Positions 19,521-30,235 of a stretch of DNA of 64,000 bases are shown here, piece by piece. The stretch's first letter is position 1; every line of letters starts with the position of its first letter. A program made the position numbers and the translations under genes. The notes under the pieces are model-generated. The model was not told the DNA's origin, did not search any database, and worked only from the letters and a program-made list of their open reading frames with translations. The stretch is from Candidatus Bathyarchaeota archaeon (GTDB lineage Archaea > Thermoproteota > Bathyarchaeia > 40CM-2-53-6). The stretch spans positions 352,001 through 416,000 of the forward strand of contig CAVTBR010000003.1 of the NCBI GenBank assembly GCA_963733055.1, written 5' to 3'.

Positions 19521-20507
19521 ATGCGAATGGTGGATTCGAAGCCGAAAAAGTTTCACAGGATATTTTTTTCGACAGACATTCACGCGTCGGAAATCGTCTT
19601 TAGGAAGTTTCTGGGCACGGCGAAATTCTACAACGTTGATATTCTGGTGATGGGAGGCGACGTTACCGGAAAGACCGTAGTTCCACTCGTGTCCGACGCG
19701 ACTGGTAACTACCATTTCAATTTTCAGGGGCAGGAGTTCAATAAAATCCAGCCCAGCGAGCTCCCCGAGTACGAGAAGCGCATCATGAACTCAGGGCTCT
19801 ACCCTCATCGAAGTTCAGAGAGCGAGTACGATTCGCTTCGAGCGGAGGCTGGGAAAGTCTCCGCCCTTTTCGACCAGCTTATGATTGATCGGTTGAATAT
19901 GTGGAAGGAGCTCGCCGAGACAACTTTGGGCCCCTTGGGTGTGAAATGCTACTGGACGGGCGGTAATGATGATAAGCAGGAAATCCTTGACGCAGTCTCA
20001 TCATCAGAGCACTTCGTCAATGTGGACGGGAAGCGTGTGGTCCTTGAAAGCGGGCACGAGATGATCAGTCTCGGCTGGAGTACTCCTACCCCCTGGAAAA
20101 CACCTCGAGAATGCGATGAGGAGCAACTCGCATCAAAACTTCAGCCACTGGTAGAGAGCATCAAAAATCCTTCCACTTGCATATTCAACGTTCACGTTCC
20201 CCCGTACGATTCAGGATTGGATGTTGCGCCGAAGCTTGATGCTAACTTCGATCCCCCGAAGCCGGTGGTTGAGGGTGGACAGCAGGTGCTTGTGCCGGTT
20301 GGCAGCACAACGGTTCGTGGCATCATAGAGAAGACTCAGCCGCTGCTAATGCTCTGTGGGCATATTCATGAAGTAAAGGCGGATGTTAAGCTAAACCGGA
20401 CGATGTGCATCAACCCCGGCTCAGAGTATCCCGCCGGTATCCTGCGAGGGGTAATTGTCAACCTCACAAAAGATAAGGTCCTGAGTTACCAGTTCACGTC
20501 TGGCTGA
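19521..20507 (+). CDS. Icc-like metallophosphoesterase
   Basis: TDIH, GGDVTGK, GGNDD, HVPP, GHIHE, INPGSEY. Confidence 0.9.
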   Translation: MRMVDSKPKKFHRIFFSTDIHASEIVFRKFLGTAKFYNVDILVMGGDVTGKTVVPLVSDATGNYHFNFQGQEFNKIQPSELPEYEKRIMNSGLYPHRSSESEYDSLRAEAGKVSALFDQLMIDRLNMWKELAETTLGPLGVKCYWTGGNDDKQEILDAVSSSEHFVNVDGKRVVLESGHEMISLGWSTPTPWKTPRECDEEQLASKLQPLVESIKNPSTCIFNVHVPPYDSGLDVAPKLDANFDPPKPVVEGGQQVLVPVGSTTVRGIIEKTQPLLMLCGHIHEVKADVKLNRTMCINPGSEYPAGILRGVIVNLTKDKVLSYQFTSG

Positions 20508-20530
20508 AGGGAAAGAGAGAGGGGAACCCC

Positions 20531-22150
20531 CTACACAGGGGGTACTTCTTTGAAGGCCAGTTCCAAGTCGATGCCTCTTCGTTTCAGGTAGGCGCGTCTG
20601 ATGAAAAAGTAGACCACCCAAATGGCGAAGATGCTGAGCATTATTGTTTCTGAGAGTCGGCTCGGTGTCATTACCCCTAATCCTGGAACTGTGAGGTAGT
20701 AGTAGAGCATCCAAGCGCTAAATAGCGTTGCAATTATTCCGCAGATAGTGATTATTGGAATCCCCGCCAGCTTGTATTTAGCAACGGGTGAGCTGTCGTA
20801 CACGGATTTCCTCGTCCACGGAAAGATCGCGCCACCGAAGGCTGTTCCAATGTACATTATTGTCGCGACGGCTGTCACTGCAAGTGTGAGGGTTAGGTAT
20901 CCTGGAACAAAGTTGTAGACCGCGGAATAGATGACGCCGCCGAGAATGAAGAATAGTATGTGTGCGTTGACGGGGGTGTGTGTTCGGCTGTTAACGTTGC
21001 TGAGGAATTTCGGAAAGACACCGTCGATTGACATTGCAACCGTAACCCTAGTCCAGCCGACGATCACGTTCGCTACGACTTGAAACGCGTTTAGGAGAAT
21101 GCCGACAGTCATGAGGAATATCAGCAGAGGGTTATCGGTTAGGACTGCTGCAAGGTTGCTGAACCATGGTGGAATGGGCATGCTCACGGTACCCGTCGTG
21201 CTTCCGTACGCAGCGGCCGCCAACCAGCCTTGTCCGACAGTGCTGATGAATGCATAGGCTAGAATCATCATGAGCAACGTACTGAAGAGGCCACCACCGA
21301 GGTTGATGAGGAGCTGGTTCTTGAAGCTGGACGCGCCCTGAATCTCGCCCGCCTGTTCCTGCGTGTAACCTACCCACCCCAAACTAGTGAGGGCTATGGG
21401 AATGACGAAGATTGTCGAGGCCCATGACCAGCCCGAAACGGAGGTGAAACCATTCTGACTGGCTTGAGTGAGAACGTAGTGGTAGTAATCAGGAGTGCTG
21501 GGTGCCAGAACCGCCATGGCCCCGTTGAACCGAGCGATGAACACGGATGTTGGGGTCATGAGGAAGAACGCTATCATGACGACGTAGCTCAGAAGGAAGC
21601 CGTACCACATAACCCATTGGGCAAGCACGAATACCCTGAAGCCTCTGATGAGCATGGCAGCAGCCAATGCCGAACATAAGACCGTCGTAATCCAAATGCC
21701 CATCGGAGTTGTGAACCATATTCCCAGGTTCTGAATCGGTGTGCTATTAGTTGCCAATCCGATGCCTGTGAACATTGGAGCAAATCCGAGTATTGACGTA
21801 AGCCATCCACCCAGTGCTTCCCATTGGCAGAAGAAGACGGGGATCACTGTGGCAACGATCGCGAAACCAATGAATGGTTTCAGCGTACGGCTCTGGAAGA
21901 CATAGTCTCCTCCAGTGCGCGGCATTGCTGAAGCCAATCCAGAATATGCAACGGCCAGGAAGGCGGTGAAGATTCCGGTGATAAGTATTCCAAGTGGGAC
22001 GTTTGCATCAGGCCAGAAGGCTAACGTGAGTAAGTATACCCATGGAAAGATAACTCCGATGTTTAGGACATTGTAAGCAAAGGCTGAGTAAGGCGACATT
22101 ACTCTGACGAGGCCGGAAGATTTTCTCGCGAAAACTTCGGTCGTTTTCAT
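20531..22150 (-). CDS. APC-family amino acid/polyamine permease
   Basis: FARKSSGLVR, MPRTGGDYVF, about 12 TM, FKEVPP terminus. Confidence 0.92.
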   Translation of the reverse strand: MKTTEVFARKSSGLVRVMSPYSAFAYNVLNIGVIFPWVYLLTLAFWPDANVPLGILITGIFTAFLAVAYSGLASAMPRTGGDYVFQSRTLKPFIGFAIVATVIPVFFCQWEALGGWLTSILGFAPMFTGIGLATNSTPIQNLGIWFTTPMGIWITTVLCSALAAAMLIRGFRVFVLAQWVMWYGFLLSYVVMIAFFLMTPTSVFIARFNGAMAVLAPSTPDYYHYVLTQASQNGFTSVSGWSWASTIFVIPIALTSLGWVGYTQEQAGEIQGASSFKNQLLINLGGGLFSTLLMMILAYAFISTVGQGWLAAAAYGSTTGTVSMPIPPWFSNLAAVLTDNPLLIFLMTVGILLNAFQVVANVIVGWTRVTVAMSIDGVFPKFLSNVNSRTHTPVNAHILFFILGGVIYSAVYNFVPGYLTLTLAVTAVATIMYIGTAFGGAIFPWTRKSVYDSSPVAKYKLAGIPIITICGIIATLFSAWMLYYYLTVPGLGVMTPSRLSETIMLSIFAIWVVYFFIRRAYLKRRGIDLELAFKEVPPV

Positions 22151-22371
22151 GAATATTCATACAACTCAATTTGTTTATTAGATTTGGCATTGCGTACGAA
22201 ACAGAATCGTTCACTACTGGCATCGAACTGTACTCTTTGTCGAGTGCGCTGCCGTAGTCCATACGGCTTAGCTATGGAGACCGACCTGGCAAGTTCTATC
22301 CGCCTGTCTCACGAGGCAAAGTCCCCTGAACTGTTGATATACGTGGAGCCATCTTCGAAGACTCGATTCGC

Positions 22372-22905
22372 TTGAAGCCACGTATTGCGATACACGTTGG
22401 CCTGGTGGGACTCATCATGCTTCTCACCCTGTCAGGTTCTAACGTCAGGGCGTCACTTTGCCCGACGATAAACGTCTCCACTACGTACCCTCACCAAGCG
22501 TCACCAGGACAACAAATTCTCCTTGTAACCACGGTAGCGGGGTCTTGTACGTCCAACGGTGAAAACTACTTTGCTTTAAGGGTGGATTTGACTGACAGTG
22601 CGTCAAAGTCGGTTGTTGCATCGAACAGTACTCCAATTGGATATAATGCAAACAATTTCTCGGTCAACGTGGAAAACGTAGCAACCGTTCCGGGGATTAA
22701 CGGGACGTGGTCGGTAGATGTTGATACTTACATGCTTCAAGCCGGGGGAGCGAATGGGAAGTACTTGGTAAACTCAACGACTTTTGCAATTCAGGTAGGG
22801 GATGCTCCACTACGAGAGTTTCAACTGAGCCAGGTGGTCATCCTGATGCTCGCGGTAAGCGTGATTCCGTTGACTTTGCTCCGAAGAACGCCGCGAAGAA
22901 AATGA
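22372..22905 (+). CDS. Secreted Ig-like protein with degenerate (L)REF-TM-RR tail
   Basis: Signal peptide; paralog of 5633-6289. Confidence 0.78.
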   Translation: MKPRIAIHVGLVGLIMLLTLSGSNVRASLCPTINVSTTYPHQASPGQQILLVTTVAGSCTSNGENYFALRVDLTDSASKSVVASNSTPIGYNANNFSVNVENVATVPGINGTWSVDVDTYMLQAGGANGKYLVNSTTFAIQVGDAPLREFQLSQVVILMLAVSVIPLTLLRRTPRRK

Positions 22906-22924
22906 GGAAGTACTGAAAAGACAA

Positions 22925-23587
22925 GTGATTGACTTGACGCGATTCATCGACCTTAGCCATCCCATCGAGGATGGGATGAATGCATACCCGGGTTTTCCTT
23001 CTCCTAAAATTGAGGCATTCATTAGCCGTGAGGACTCACGGTCTCGTTATGACGGTGAGGCTGAGTTCTACATCGGGAAAGTTGAGATGGTGGGCAATGT
23101 CGGAACTTATGTTGACTCGCCGTTTCATCGACATGTCAAAGGTCTCGACCTGAGCAAAATCCCGCTCGAAAGCATTGCAGGAGTACCGGGCATCGTGATC
23201 GAAGGGCAGCCGGCTGCCAATCGCTCCATCGCGATCAAATGTGACGAATCGGAATTACGCGACAAAGCCGTGCTCGTAAGGACAGGGTGGGATGAAAGGT
23301 GGGGAAGCGAAAGATATTGGGAACCCGGTCCGTTCATAAGCGATGAATCCATCCACCTCCTAGTACGCTCCAAGCCGAAACTGGTAGGAGTTGACTTCTG
23401 GAACATTGACGACGTTGAAAACAAAACTCGACCAGCACACACCAATCTGCTCAAAGAAAACATCATAATCGTAGAACACTTAGCAAACTTGTCGCAACTT
23501 CCAAGATCAGACTTCAAATTCTACGCAGTCCCTCCGCCCATCGTGAACGGCGCGTCATTTCCGGTGCGAGCGTACGCAGAGATTTGA
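22925..23587 (+). CDS. Cyclase family protein (kynurenine formamidase KynB-like)
   Basis: IDLSHPI, GTYVDSPFH, VGVDF, IIVEHL, FPVRAYA. Confidence 0.9.
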   Translation: MIDLTRFIDLSHPIEDGMNAYPGFPSPKIEAFISREDSRSRYDGEAEFYIGKVEMVGNVGTYVDSPFHRHVKGLDLSKIPLESIAGVPGIVIEGQPAANRSIAIKCDESELRDKAVLVRTGWDERWGSERYWEPGPFISDESIHLLVRSKPKLVGVDFWNIDDVENKTRPAHTNLLKENIIIVEHLANLSQLPRSDFKFYAVPPPIVNGASFPVRAYAEI

Positions 23588-23603
23588 CAGTTACAATCGA
23601 GGA

Positions 23604-24614
23604 TTAAACGACGCTCAGTTCCTTCTGAGTCTTCGCAGCGAAGTCGATATCGTAGTGGCATTCGGCCCAGTGGTTGCTCTCCACCTCGACGAGAGGCGGT
23701 GGAGTGTTCGCGCATCTGTCGGTCGCATATGAGCAGCGGGTTCTGAATCTGCATCCGTTCGGTATGTTCACTGAGCTCGGTACGTCGCCCGGGAGTGGGA
23801 CTAGCTGTTTTCTCTTCTTTGGGTCAGGGAGTGGGACCGATGAGAGGAGTGCCTTCGTGTAGGGGTGCTTTGGGTTCTCGAAAAGCCTTGGAGTATCTGC
23901 GAATTCGACGATCCTTCCGAGGTACATGACAGCCGTTCTCGCACACATCTGTCGGATTACGGCTAGGTTGTGTGAGATGAAGATGTAAGTGAGGCCCATT
24001 TCACTCTGTATTTCTTTTAGCAGCTTTAGTATCTGAGCCTGCACTGAGACGTCAAGGGATGAGGTGGGTTCGTCTAAGACTATGAATGATGGTTTCACGG
24101 CCAGCGTGGTGGCGATTGCGATTCGCTGTCTTTGACCACCCGAGAATTCGTGCGGATATCTAGCCAAGTGGTCAGGGTTGAGGCCGACCATCTCTATGAG
24201 TTCTTCAGCGCGTTTGTTCGCGTCACGATTTGAGGAAACGGTTCGATGAATCCTCATGGGTTCAGTTAGGGCTGAACGGACGCTTTGTCTCGGATCCAGA
24301 GAAGCGTACGGATCCTGGAAGACCATCTGCATCTTACGCCGAACCAATCTGAGACTCTTCCCTCGTAAACGCGATATGTCTTCTCCGTCGAAGATTATCG
24401 ATCCTTTCGACGGATCGGTCAGTCGCATAATCGTTCTGCCTAGGGTTGTCTTCCCACACCCCGACTCTCCAACCAGGCCGAACGTTTCTCCCCGTTTCAC
24501 AGCCAAGGAGACGCCGTCAACCGCTCTTACAAAGCTCTTCGTACGACTAAGCATGCCAGCTCTAATAGGGAACCATTTGAACAGACCGTCTGTCTGTAGG
24601 AAGTAATCGTCCAA
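23604..24614 (-). CDS. oppF: Oligopeptide/dipeptide ABC transporter ATPase
   Basis: GESGCGKT, FSGGQRQR, LDEPTSSLD, HPYT, GCRFRTRC. Confidence 0.95.
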   Translation of the reverse strand: MDDYFLQTDGLFKWFPIRAGMLSRTKSFVRAVDGVSLAVKRGETFGLVGESGCGKTTLGRTIMRLTDPSKGSIIFDGEDISRLRGKSLRLVRRKMQMVFQDPYASLDPRQSVRSALTEPMRIHRTVSSNRDANKRAEELIEMVGLNPDHLARYPHEFSGGQRQRIAIATTLAVKPSFIVLDEPTSSLDVSVQAQILKLLKEIQSEMGLTYIFISHNLAVIRQMCARTAVMYLGRIVEFADTPRLFENPKHPYTKALLSSVPLPDPKKRKQLVPLPGDVPSSVNIPNGCRFRTRCSYATDRCANTPPPLVEVESNHWAECHYDIDFAAKTQKELSVV

Positions 24615-25754
24615 CTAGCTCTCGTCTCCATACAGGAAACACGAGACGTAGTGACCTGGGCTTACCTCCAGTAAGGTCGGCTTCTTCAGTGGACATTTGT
24701 CGAACGCCTTCGGGCATCTCGGATGGAATCGGCAGCCGCTTGGTGGAGTGAGTAGGTTTGGCACGGAGCCCTGGATTGACTTCTGCTCATCGGCCGTAAG
24801 ATCCGCCCGAGGTACCGATGCCAAGAGGCCTTGTGTATAGGGGTGTAGTGGGTTGCTGAACAGTTCTTCAACATCTGCTACTTCGACGACGTTGCCGGCA
24901 TACATGACGGCTACTCTATCGCAGACCTCAGCGACTACGGCAAGGTCGTGGGTGATGAGGAGCACCGAAGTGTCTATCGTCTTCTTGAGTTGTTGTAGAA
25001 GCTGCAACGTTTGGGCTTGGACGGTCACGTCAAGTGCGGTGGTCATCTCGTCGGCGAGAAGAACCTTCGGTCGCCGCACGAGCGCCATCGCGATCATGGC
25101 CCTCTGCCTCATTCCACCCGATAATTCGAACGGATACAGTTTGAATGCTTTCTCAGGCTCTGGGAGCCTAACTGATTTCAGAATTGAGATAGCGTAAAGG
25201 CGAGCAAGCCTTTTGACATCATCCTTCCCCAACCGACCGACCGCAGCCGCGGCTCGCAGCTTATCCCGCTCGTCGTTCAATTCATGTGTGAGGCTGGCGG
25301 TGGATTCTGATTTTTCGAGTTCTTCAAGCCGGTTTCTGATAAGTTCTTGCAGAAATACCCCAGGTTTGCTAGCTATGATCTCCGTTATTTGGGAACCGAT
25401 CGTCAGCACGGGGTTAAGGTACGTCATGGGGTCTTGGAAGACCATCGCGATATCCTTCAGCCTAACTAAGCGTAGATCTTCCCGCTTCATCACGAGTAGA
25501 TTTGTTCCGTCAAGCAGGACCTCACCGCTGACTACCTCCGCGTTCGGGGGAAGTAACCCAACGATGGACAGACTGGTTACAGATTTGCCGCATCCGCTTT
25601 CGCCGACCAAACCAAGCAGCTCTTTTCTTCTTAGAGATAGTTCGACGCCATCAAGCGCCTTCACGTCCCCTGCGTAAGTGTGAAAGGTAACCTTCAGGTC
25701 TCGTACGGTGAGAACATCCTGCCTAGTCCCACCCTCGGACTTTTGTGTGGTCAT
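24615..25754 (-). CDS. oppD: Oligopeptide/dipeptide ABC transporter ATPase with helical insertion
   Basis: GESGCGKS, LSGGMRQR, ADEMTTALD, GCRFHPRC. Confidence 0.95.
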   Translation of the reverse strand: MTTQKSEGGTRQDVLTVRDLKVTFHTYAGDVKALDGVELSLRRKELLGLVGESGCGKSVTSLSIVGLLPPNAEVVSGEVLLDGTNLLVMKREDLRLVRLKDIAMVFQDPMTYLNPVLTIGSQITEIIASKPGVFLQELIRNRLEELEKSESTASLTHELNDERDKLRAAAAVGRLGKDDVKRLARLYAISILKSVRLPEPEKAFKLYPFELSGGMRQRAMIAMALVRRPKVLLADEMTTALDVTVQAQTLQLLQQLKKTIDTSVLLITHDLAVVAEVCDRVAVMYAGNVVEVADVEELFSNPLHPYTQGLLASVPRADLTADEQKSIQGSVPNLLTPPSGCRFHPRCPKAFDKCPLKKPTLLEVSPGHYVSCFLYGDES

Positions 25755-26680
25755 CTTCTCAGCCTAGGGTCAAAGATGTCCCTTATCCCGTCGCCGAGCA
25801 GGTTGAAGCCGAGTGAGATTATCAGAATAGTCAGACCGGGGAAGAGTATGAGCCAAGGGGCCGTGAAGATGTATTGGATTCCTTGGTTGGCTAAGTTACC
25901 AAGCTCGGGAAGGAGGGGGCTTGGGGAAAGCCCGATGAACGTCAAAGCTGAAACCGTCAGTATGACAGAACCAATGTCGAGTGTAGCCTGAACCAGCACT
26001 GGATAAATTGAGTTCGGCACCACGTGCCTGAAGAGGATTCGGGGTGCACCGGCGCCCATCGCACGAAGTCGTTCCACGTACGGCTTCTCTTTTTCACTCA
26101 GGACCTGGGACCTCACCAACCTAACGTAGAACGGCCACCAGGTGATGAGCACAGCGAAGGTGAGCACCGGAAGTGACCTGCCAATTACAACGATCATTAC
26201 TATGGCTAGGAGGATGCCCGGGACGGCAAGAAAGACATCGGTTATTCTGAGAATCACTTCATCGATTGCACCACCGACGTATGCTGCAATGCTGCCGAAG
26301 AATACCCCAATCACAACCGCCGACAAGACAACAACTAACGCAATCTGCAGATCGATAGGGATCGCGAGAATTATCATCTTCGACAGGCTTCTCCCATACT
26401 GATCTGTCCCCAACGCGAAGACGGAACCCGAACAGTCGAACACGTTGCCGATATGCCAGTCGAACATCTTGTTGTTCCAGCATAGACGTAGGTTGAGGTT
26501 CTCTTGAAGCCAGGACGTTGGGTTCACGAGAAGTGGTGAAAGCAGCGCCAGCACGATGGATATTACGGAAATGAAAAATCCGGCGAGCACTATCGGATTC
26601 TTCTTGAGCAGGTAAAGGGAATACTTGATGTCTGCGCGACCAAACTGAACCTGCTCGTTTCGGCGCTGCTTTGTCTCCAT
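25751..26680 (-). CDS. oppC: Oligopeptide ABC transporter permease
   Basis: LGTDQYGR, EAA-like loop, FNLLGDGIRDIFDPR; ATG at 26680 follows oppB. Confidence 0.93.
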   Translation of the reverse strand: METKQRRNEQVQFGRADIKYSLYLLKKNPIVLAGFFISVISIVLALLSPLLVNPTSWLQENLNLRLCWNNKMFDWHIGNVFDCSGSVFALGTDQYGRSLSKMIILAIPIDLQIALVVVLSAVVIGVFFGSIAAYVGGAIDEVILRITDVFLAVPGILLAIVMIVVIGRSLPVLTFAVLITWWPFYVRLVRSQVLSEKEKPYVERLRAMGAGAPRILFRHVVPNSIYPVLVQATLDIGSVILTVSALTFIGLSPSPLLPELGNLANQGIQYIFTAPWLILFPGLTILIISLGFNLLGDGIRDIFDPRLRR

Positions 26681-26691
26681 CTGGAAAAGCC

Positions 26692-27810
26692 TCAGTATCT
26701 TATCCTCGGGTCGATTATGGAGTAGAGAATGTCTACGACAAGATTGGTGACGACTATGATTACTGCCGTTACGAGTACGTACAGTTCGAGGAAGTTGATG
26801 TCGAGAACGTCGGCAGCGGCGAGTGAGGCGTTTCCGACGCCCGGCCATGAGAACACAATTTCCACTATGACTGCACCGCCCAGAAGATACGCCACGAGCA
26901 AGCCTGAGACCGTGACCGCTGGCAGTATAGCATTCCGGAGCGCGTGCCGGTAGACAACGACACTTTCTGTGAGCCCCTTAGATCTGGCTAGCAGAATGTA
27001 GTCCTGTTTGAGAACCTCGACCATGCTTGATCGAACGATTCTGGTCAGGGCCCCAATTGAAGTAATGGCGAGGGTTAATGCAGGTAGCGTCAGGGCGACC
27101 AACGAGTCCCAGAAGAAAGGTATATTGAACGATAAGAGCGTGTCTAACATCGGCAGGCCAGAATACGCGGTTATGTGCCCTGGATTTGCGAAACAGATGC
27201 CGCAAGCCGTGGCAAGCGCTCCGGTCGCAGAGAGAAGCCCATATCCGTTCACCCGGACATATAACACGAACAGGATCTGAAGCATCGCTCCGAACCAAAA
27301 CTGAGGAACTGAATATCCACCAAGTGACACTATCCTCGAAGCATGATCCGGCAGCTGATTGTTGTGGGTCGCTGAAACGATGCCGAGTGGAATTCCTATC
27401 ACGATTGTAAGTATCGCCGCCGCCATTGACAATTCGGCGGTGTAAGCGAAACGTGAAAAGAATACGTGCCAAGTTGTCGCAGTGCCAGTTATGCCAGGAA
27501 GTAGAGTGAATCCCCAGTTGCCTGTCAGCACGTTTGTCAACCAGCCATAATATTGGCCCCAAAGCGGTACAATGCATCCAGCAGCTTCCGATGCAAAAGC
27601 TTCGTATGATGGACATGAGGCTGTCGCGACACCTAGAGCGCGGGCGAGGGACAGCTTGCCTCCTGGCCCTATCCTAGGACTAATGTAGGGTGCAAGGGCC
27701 GTGGTCGGGGGTAAGAGGCCGCGTGTCAGGTAAAATATTAGAAGGCTGAGCGCAAACAGCACGAACACCATCAGGGCGAGGCGCCTGATGACGTATTCGT
27801 AAAGTTTCAA
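26692..27810 (-). CDS. oppB: Oligopeptide ABC transporter permease
   Basis: YVIRRL, DYILLARSKGL, HALRNA, FSWPGVG, IDPRIRY. Confidence 0.95.
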   Translation of the reverse strand: MKLYEYVIRRLALMVFVLFALSLLIFYLTRGLLPPTTALAPYISPRIGPGGKLSLARALGVATASCPSYEAFASEAAGCIVPLWGQYYGWLTNVLTGNWGFTLLPGITGTATTWHVFFSRFAYTAELSMAAAILTIVIGIPLGIVSATHNNQLPDHASRIVSLGGYSVPQFWFGAMLQILFVLYVRVNGYGLLSATGALATACGICFANPGHITAYSGLPMLDTLLSFNIPFFWDSLVALTLPALTLAITSIGALTRIVRSSMVEVLKQDYILLARSKGLTESVVVYRHALRNAILPAVTVSGLLVAYLLGGAVIVEIVFSWPGVGNASLAAADVLDINFLELYVLVTAVIIVVTNLVVDILYSIIDPRIRY

Positions 27811-27947
27811 CCGTTACGATTCCGATTAATTTTTTCGCGCGAGCAATACGACCGTGCAGCCTATGGTTGAGATCTTCTCTCAAGAGCTATGGATTGCGGT
27901 TAAGTTGCGATCCCTTTGGCGCAGCCGGCCAGTGAATCGGTTTCTTT

Positions 27948-30068
27948 CTAGTAGAGGGCGGCGAAGTATTGTGGTTCCCCAGTGGTGTAGATTGCCGGGT
28001 TGAAGTAGAAGCCCTGTACATTTGATGTCATGACCATGTAGATCGAAGGGTAGAAGGTCCAGATGTCGGAAACCTGTTGGTTGCCCAGGGCGGTCATCGA
28101 GTTGATTCCTTGAATGAGGCCAGCCATATTCTGCTGAGCGTCTGCCTGTTGAGTTTGACTCCAGTACTGCCCCATCTCCTTGGTATTCCAGCCCCCGGGA
28201 GCCGTGTATATTCCCCCGGGTGACAGGATCGGTCCGAGGAAATCCAAAGCCCATGGGTAGTCATCGTACCAGCCAAAACATGCTTCAGCCCATGCATACA
28301 CTTGCCCTGAGAAGGCTTCGCTCGTCATTTGACCGCAGGGTAGCGGTGTGACTTGCATCGTCAGACCCATATTGTAGGTTACGCTCACATTGTTGACTGT
28401 TCCCGCAATCTGGTTAAGGATCGCTTCGTCCACCGTATCTCCTGTAGCATAGGTCAGCGGAATATTTTGCGGAACCGGACTATCACATCGACCGTTCGCA
28501 TTCAGAGTCGAACATCCGAATGTGTTATCGAAGGTTCCTGAAGGGGCGGCGGTTCCGTTGGCGAATGTGAATTGTGTTAACGGGTGCATCATCGCGTCGA
28601 GCAGCAGCGCTTGGACTTCAGCGGGGTTGTAACTGTATTTGGTCTGGAGCATTGCAGCCTCAGTTCCTGCCGGCGGAATTCCCGGCGGAAGAAGATTATT
28701 GGCCACTTTTCCCAGATTGTTGTTTACTTGCTGGTTGATCTGAGTTAGATTGACCGAGTCAGCAATCGCCAGTCTCATCCTCAGATCTGCGAAAGGCTGA
28801 AACTTGTAATACAACCCGGTAAACGGATTCGTGACGTTCGTGTCCAAGGGTATGAACAACGTCGCGTACTGCGTATATGGCCCATAAATGGTAACTCCGT
28901 CTATGGTGGATACAAGTTTGTTCTGGTTCAGCCAACTATTCCTGTCCGCGACATCGTAAATGTTGGTTGGTGTTACGTCGATCACCATGGCTTGACCGGC
29001 GGCAGCGGCGTTTCGCAGGTCAATTTCTCTCGTCGTCTGGTCGGGCACATACTTGTAGGTCACGGTTTGGATGTGCGCGTGGATATTGGAGTTCGGTCCG
29101 CCCCAATAGTTGGGGTTGGCCACCATCGTGATTACGTTCGCAGATGTGTCGACGCTTTGAATCGTGTATGGACCGGTTCCAGCGAGCGATCCGCCAGTCG
29201 AAGAATCGAGGTATGTTGCTGCGCATCCTTTCAGCGTCGCGCCCGCGTTGCATGTGGCTTGATAATCCATGAGGTATTGATTCATTTGATCGGTAACGTT
29301 TCCGCTTAGCGTGGGGTATGGCAGCGTGTATCCGTTGCTTGACTGACTCCAAAGCGCGATGTCATGTTGCATGACATAGTCTGGCGCTACCATGTTTGCC
29401 CAGAGGTTCGCCACGATATAGGGCAACGCGCCATTCGGATTCATTATGTTAAGCGTAACTGTCTGTGGTCCAGTTATCTGAACAAAATTCTCGGCCAAGA
29501 CTTTCTGGACGTACTGGCTACCGTAGGTTTGAGTGCAAGCGCAGAGTGTTGTACTGAGAGTTGGATCAAGAAGTTGCTGCATAATCCAAGACGCTTGTGT
29601 ACCGTGTCCTACTGGCGCGCTTCCATCCATCACGAGAAGCCGGTTGTAGCTGAAGTAAACGGCCGTCGAATTGAGCTGCTCCCCATCCGCGAAGCTAACA
29701 CCGTTTCGTAGCGTTGCAGTGAGCGTCTTACCATCTGGTGAAATGGAGTAGCTCTGAGCGAGCCATGGAATGACTTGCTGCCCGTTCGTACCGTTAAACC
29801 AGAGCAGCGGTTCATAGACATTCTGCTCAACTGACGCACCGTAAATGTCGTATGAAACTTGAGGATCCAGATATTGTATGGAGGATAAGGTTTCGTACGT
29901 GATCGATTGAACACCTGATGCGCCTGAAGTCCCTGAAGTCGTCAGCGTGGAGGTTGGAGTTCTGTTAGCCGTCAGGTAATAAGCGGCTACCCCGGCGACG
30001 ACTATGATAACGATAACGATAGCCCCTAACACAGCCTTGCTAACGGACCGAGTAGACGGAGTGGTCAA
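27948..30068 (-). CDS. oppA: Peptide ABC transporter substrate-binding protein (family 5), N-terminal TM anchor
   Basis: LDPQ, VYEPLL, PWLAQSY, LRNGVSFADG, GTGPY, NPNYWG; start uncertain (ORF open from 30164). Confidence 0.92.
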   Translation of the reverse strand: MTTPSTRSVSKAVLGAIVIVIIVVAGVAAYYLTANRTPTSTLTTSGTSGASGVQSITYETLSSIQYLDPQVSYDIYGASVEQNVYEPLLWFNGTNGQQVIPWLAQSYSISPDGKTLTATLRNGVSFADGEQLNSTAVYFSYNRLLVMDGSAPVGHGTQASWIMQQLLDPTLSTTLCACTQTYGSQYVQKVLAENFVQITGPQTVTLNIMNPNGALPYIVANLWANMVAPDYVMQHDIALWSQSSNGYTLPYPTLSGNVTDQMNQYLMDYQATCNAGATLKGCAATYLDSSTGGSLAGTGPYTIQSVDTSANVITMVANPNYWGGPNSNIHAHIQTVTYKYVPDQTTREIDLRNAAAAGQAMVIDVTPTNIYDVADRNSWLNQNKLVSTIDGVTIYGPYTQYATLFIPLDTNVTNPFTGLYYKFQPFADLRMRLAIADSVNLTQINQQVNNNLGKVANNLLPPGIPPAGTEAAMLQTKYSYNPAEVQALLLDAMMHPLTQFTFANGTAAPSGTFDNTFGCSTLNANGRCDSPVPQNIPLTYATGDTVDEAILNQIAGTVNNVSVTYNMGLTMQVTPLPCGQMTSEAFSGQVYAWAEACFGWYDDYPWALDFLGPILSPGGIYTAPGGWNTKEMGQYWSQTQQADAQQNMAGLIQGINSMTALGNQQVSDIWTFYPSIYMVMTSNVQGFYFNPAIYTTGEPQYFAALY

Positions 30069-30235
30069 TCGAATCAGCCGTCGGGTAACGACCGGTTCGT
30101 AATTTAAGACTTTCCAGAGACGAACAGCTGACAAATCGGAGGTCTGGAGAGTTCGACCCAACACAGCGAATTCTAGCGATACTTATACCGGTATTAAATA
30201 GTGGCAACGCCTGCAACTTTTGCGGCAGAGAAGAG

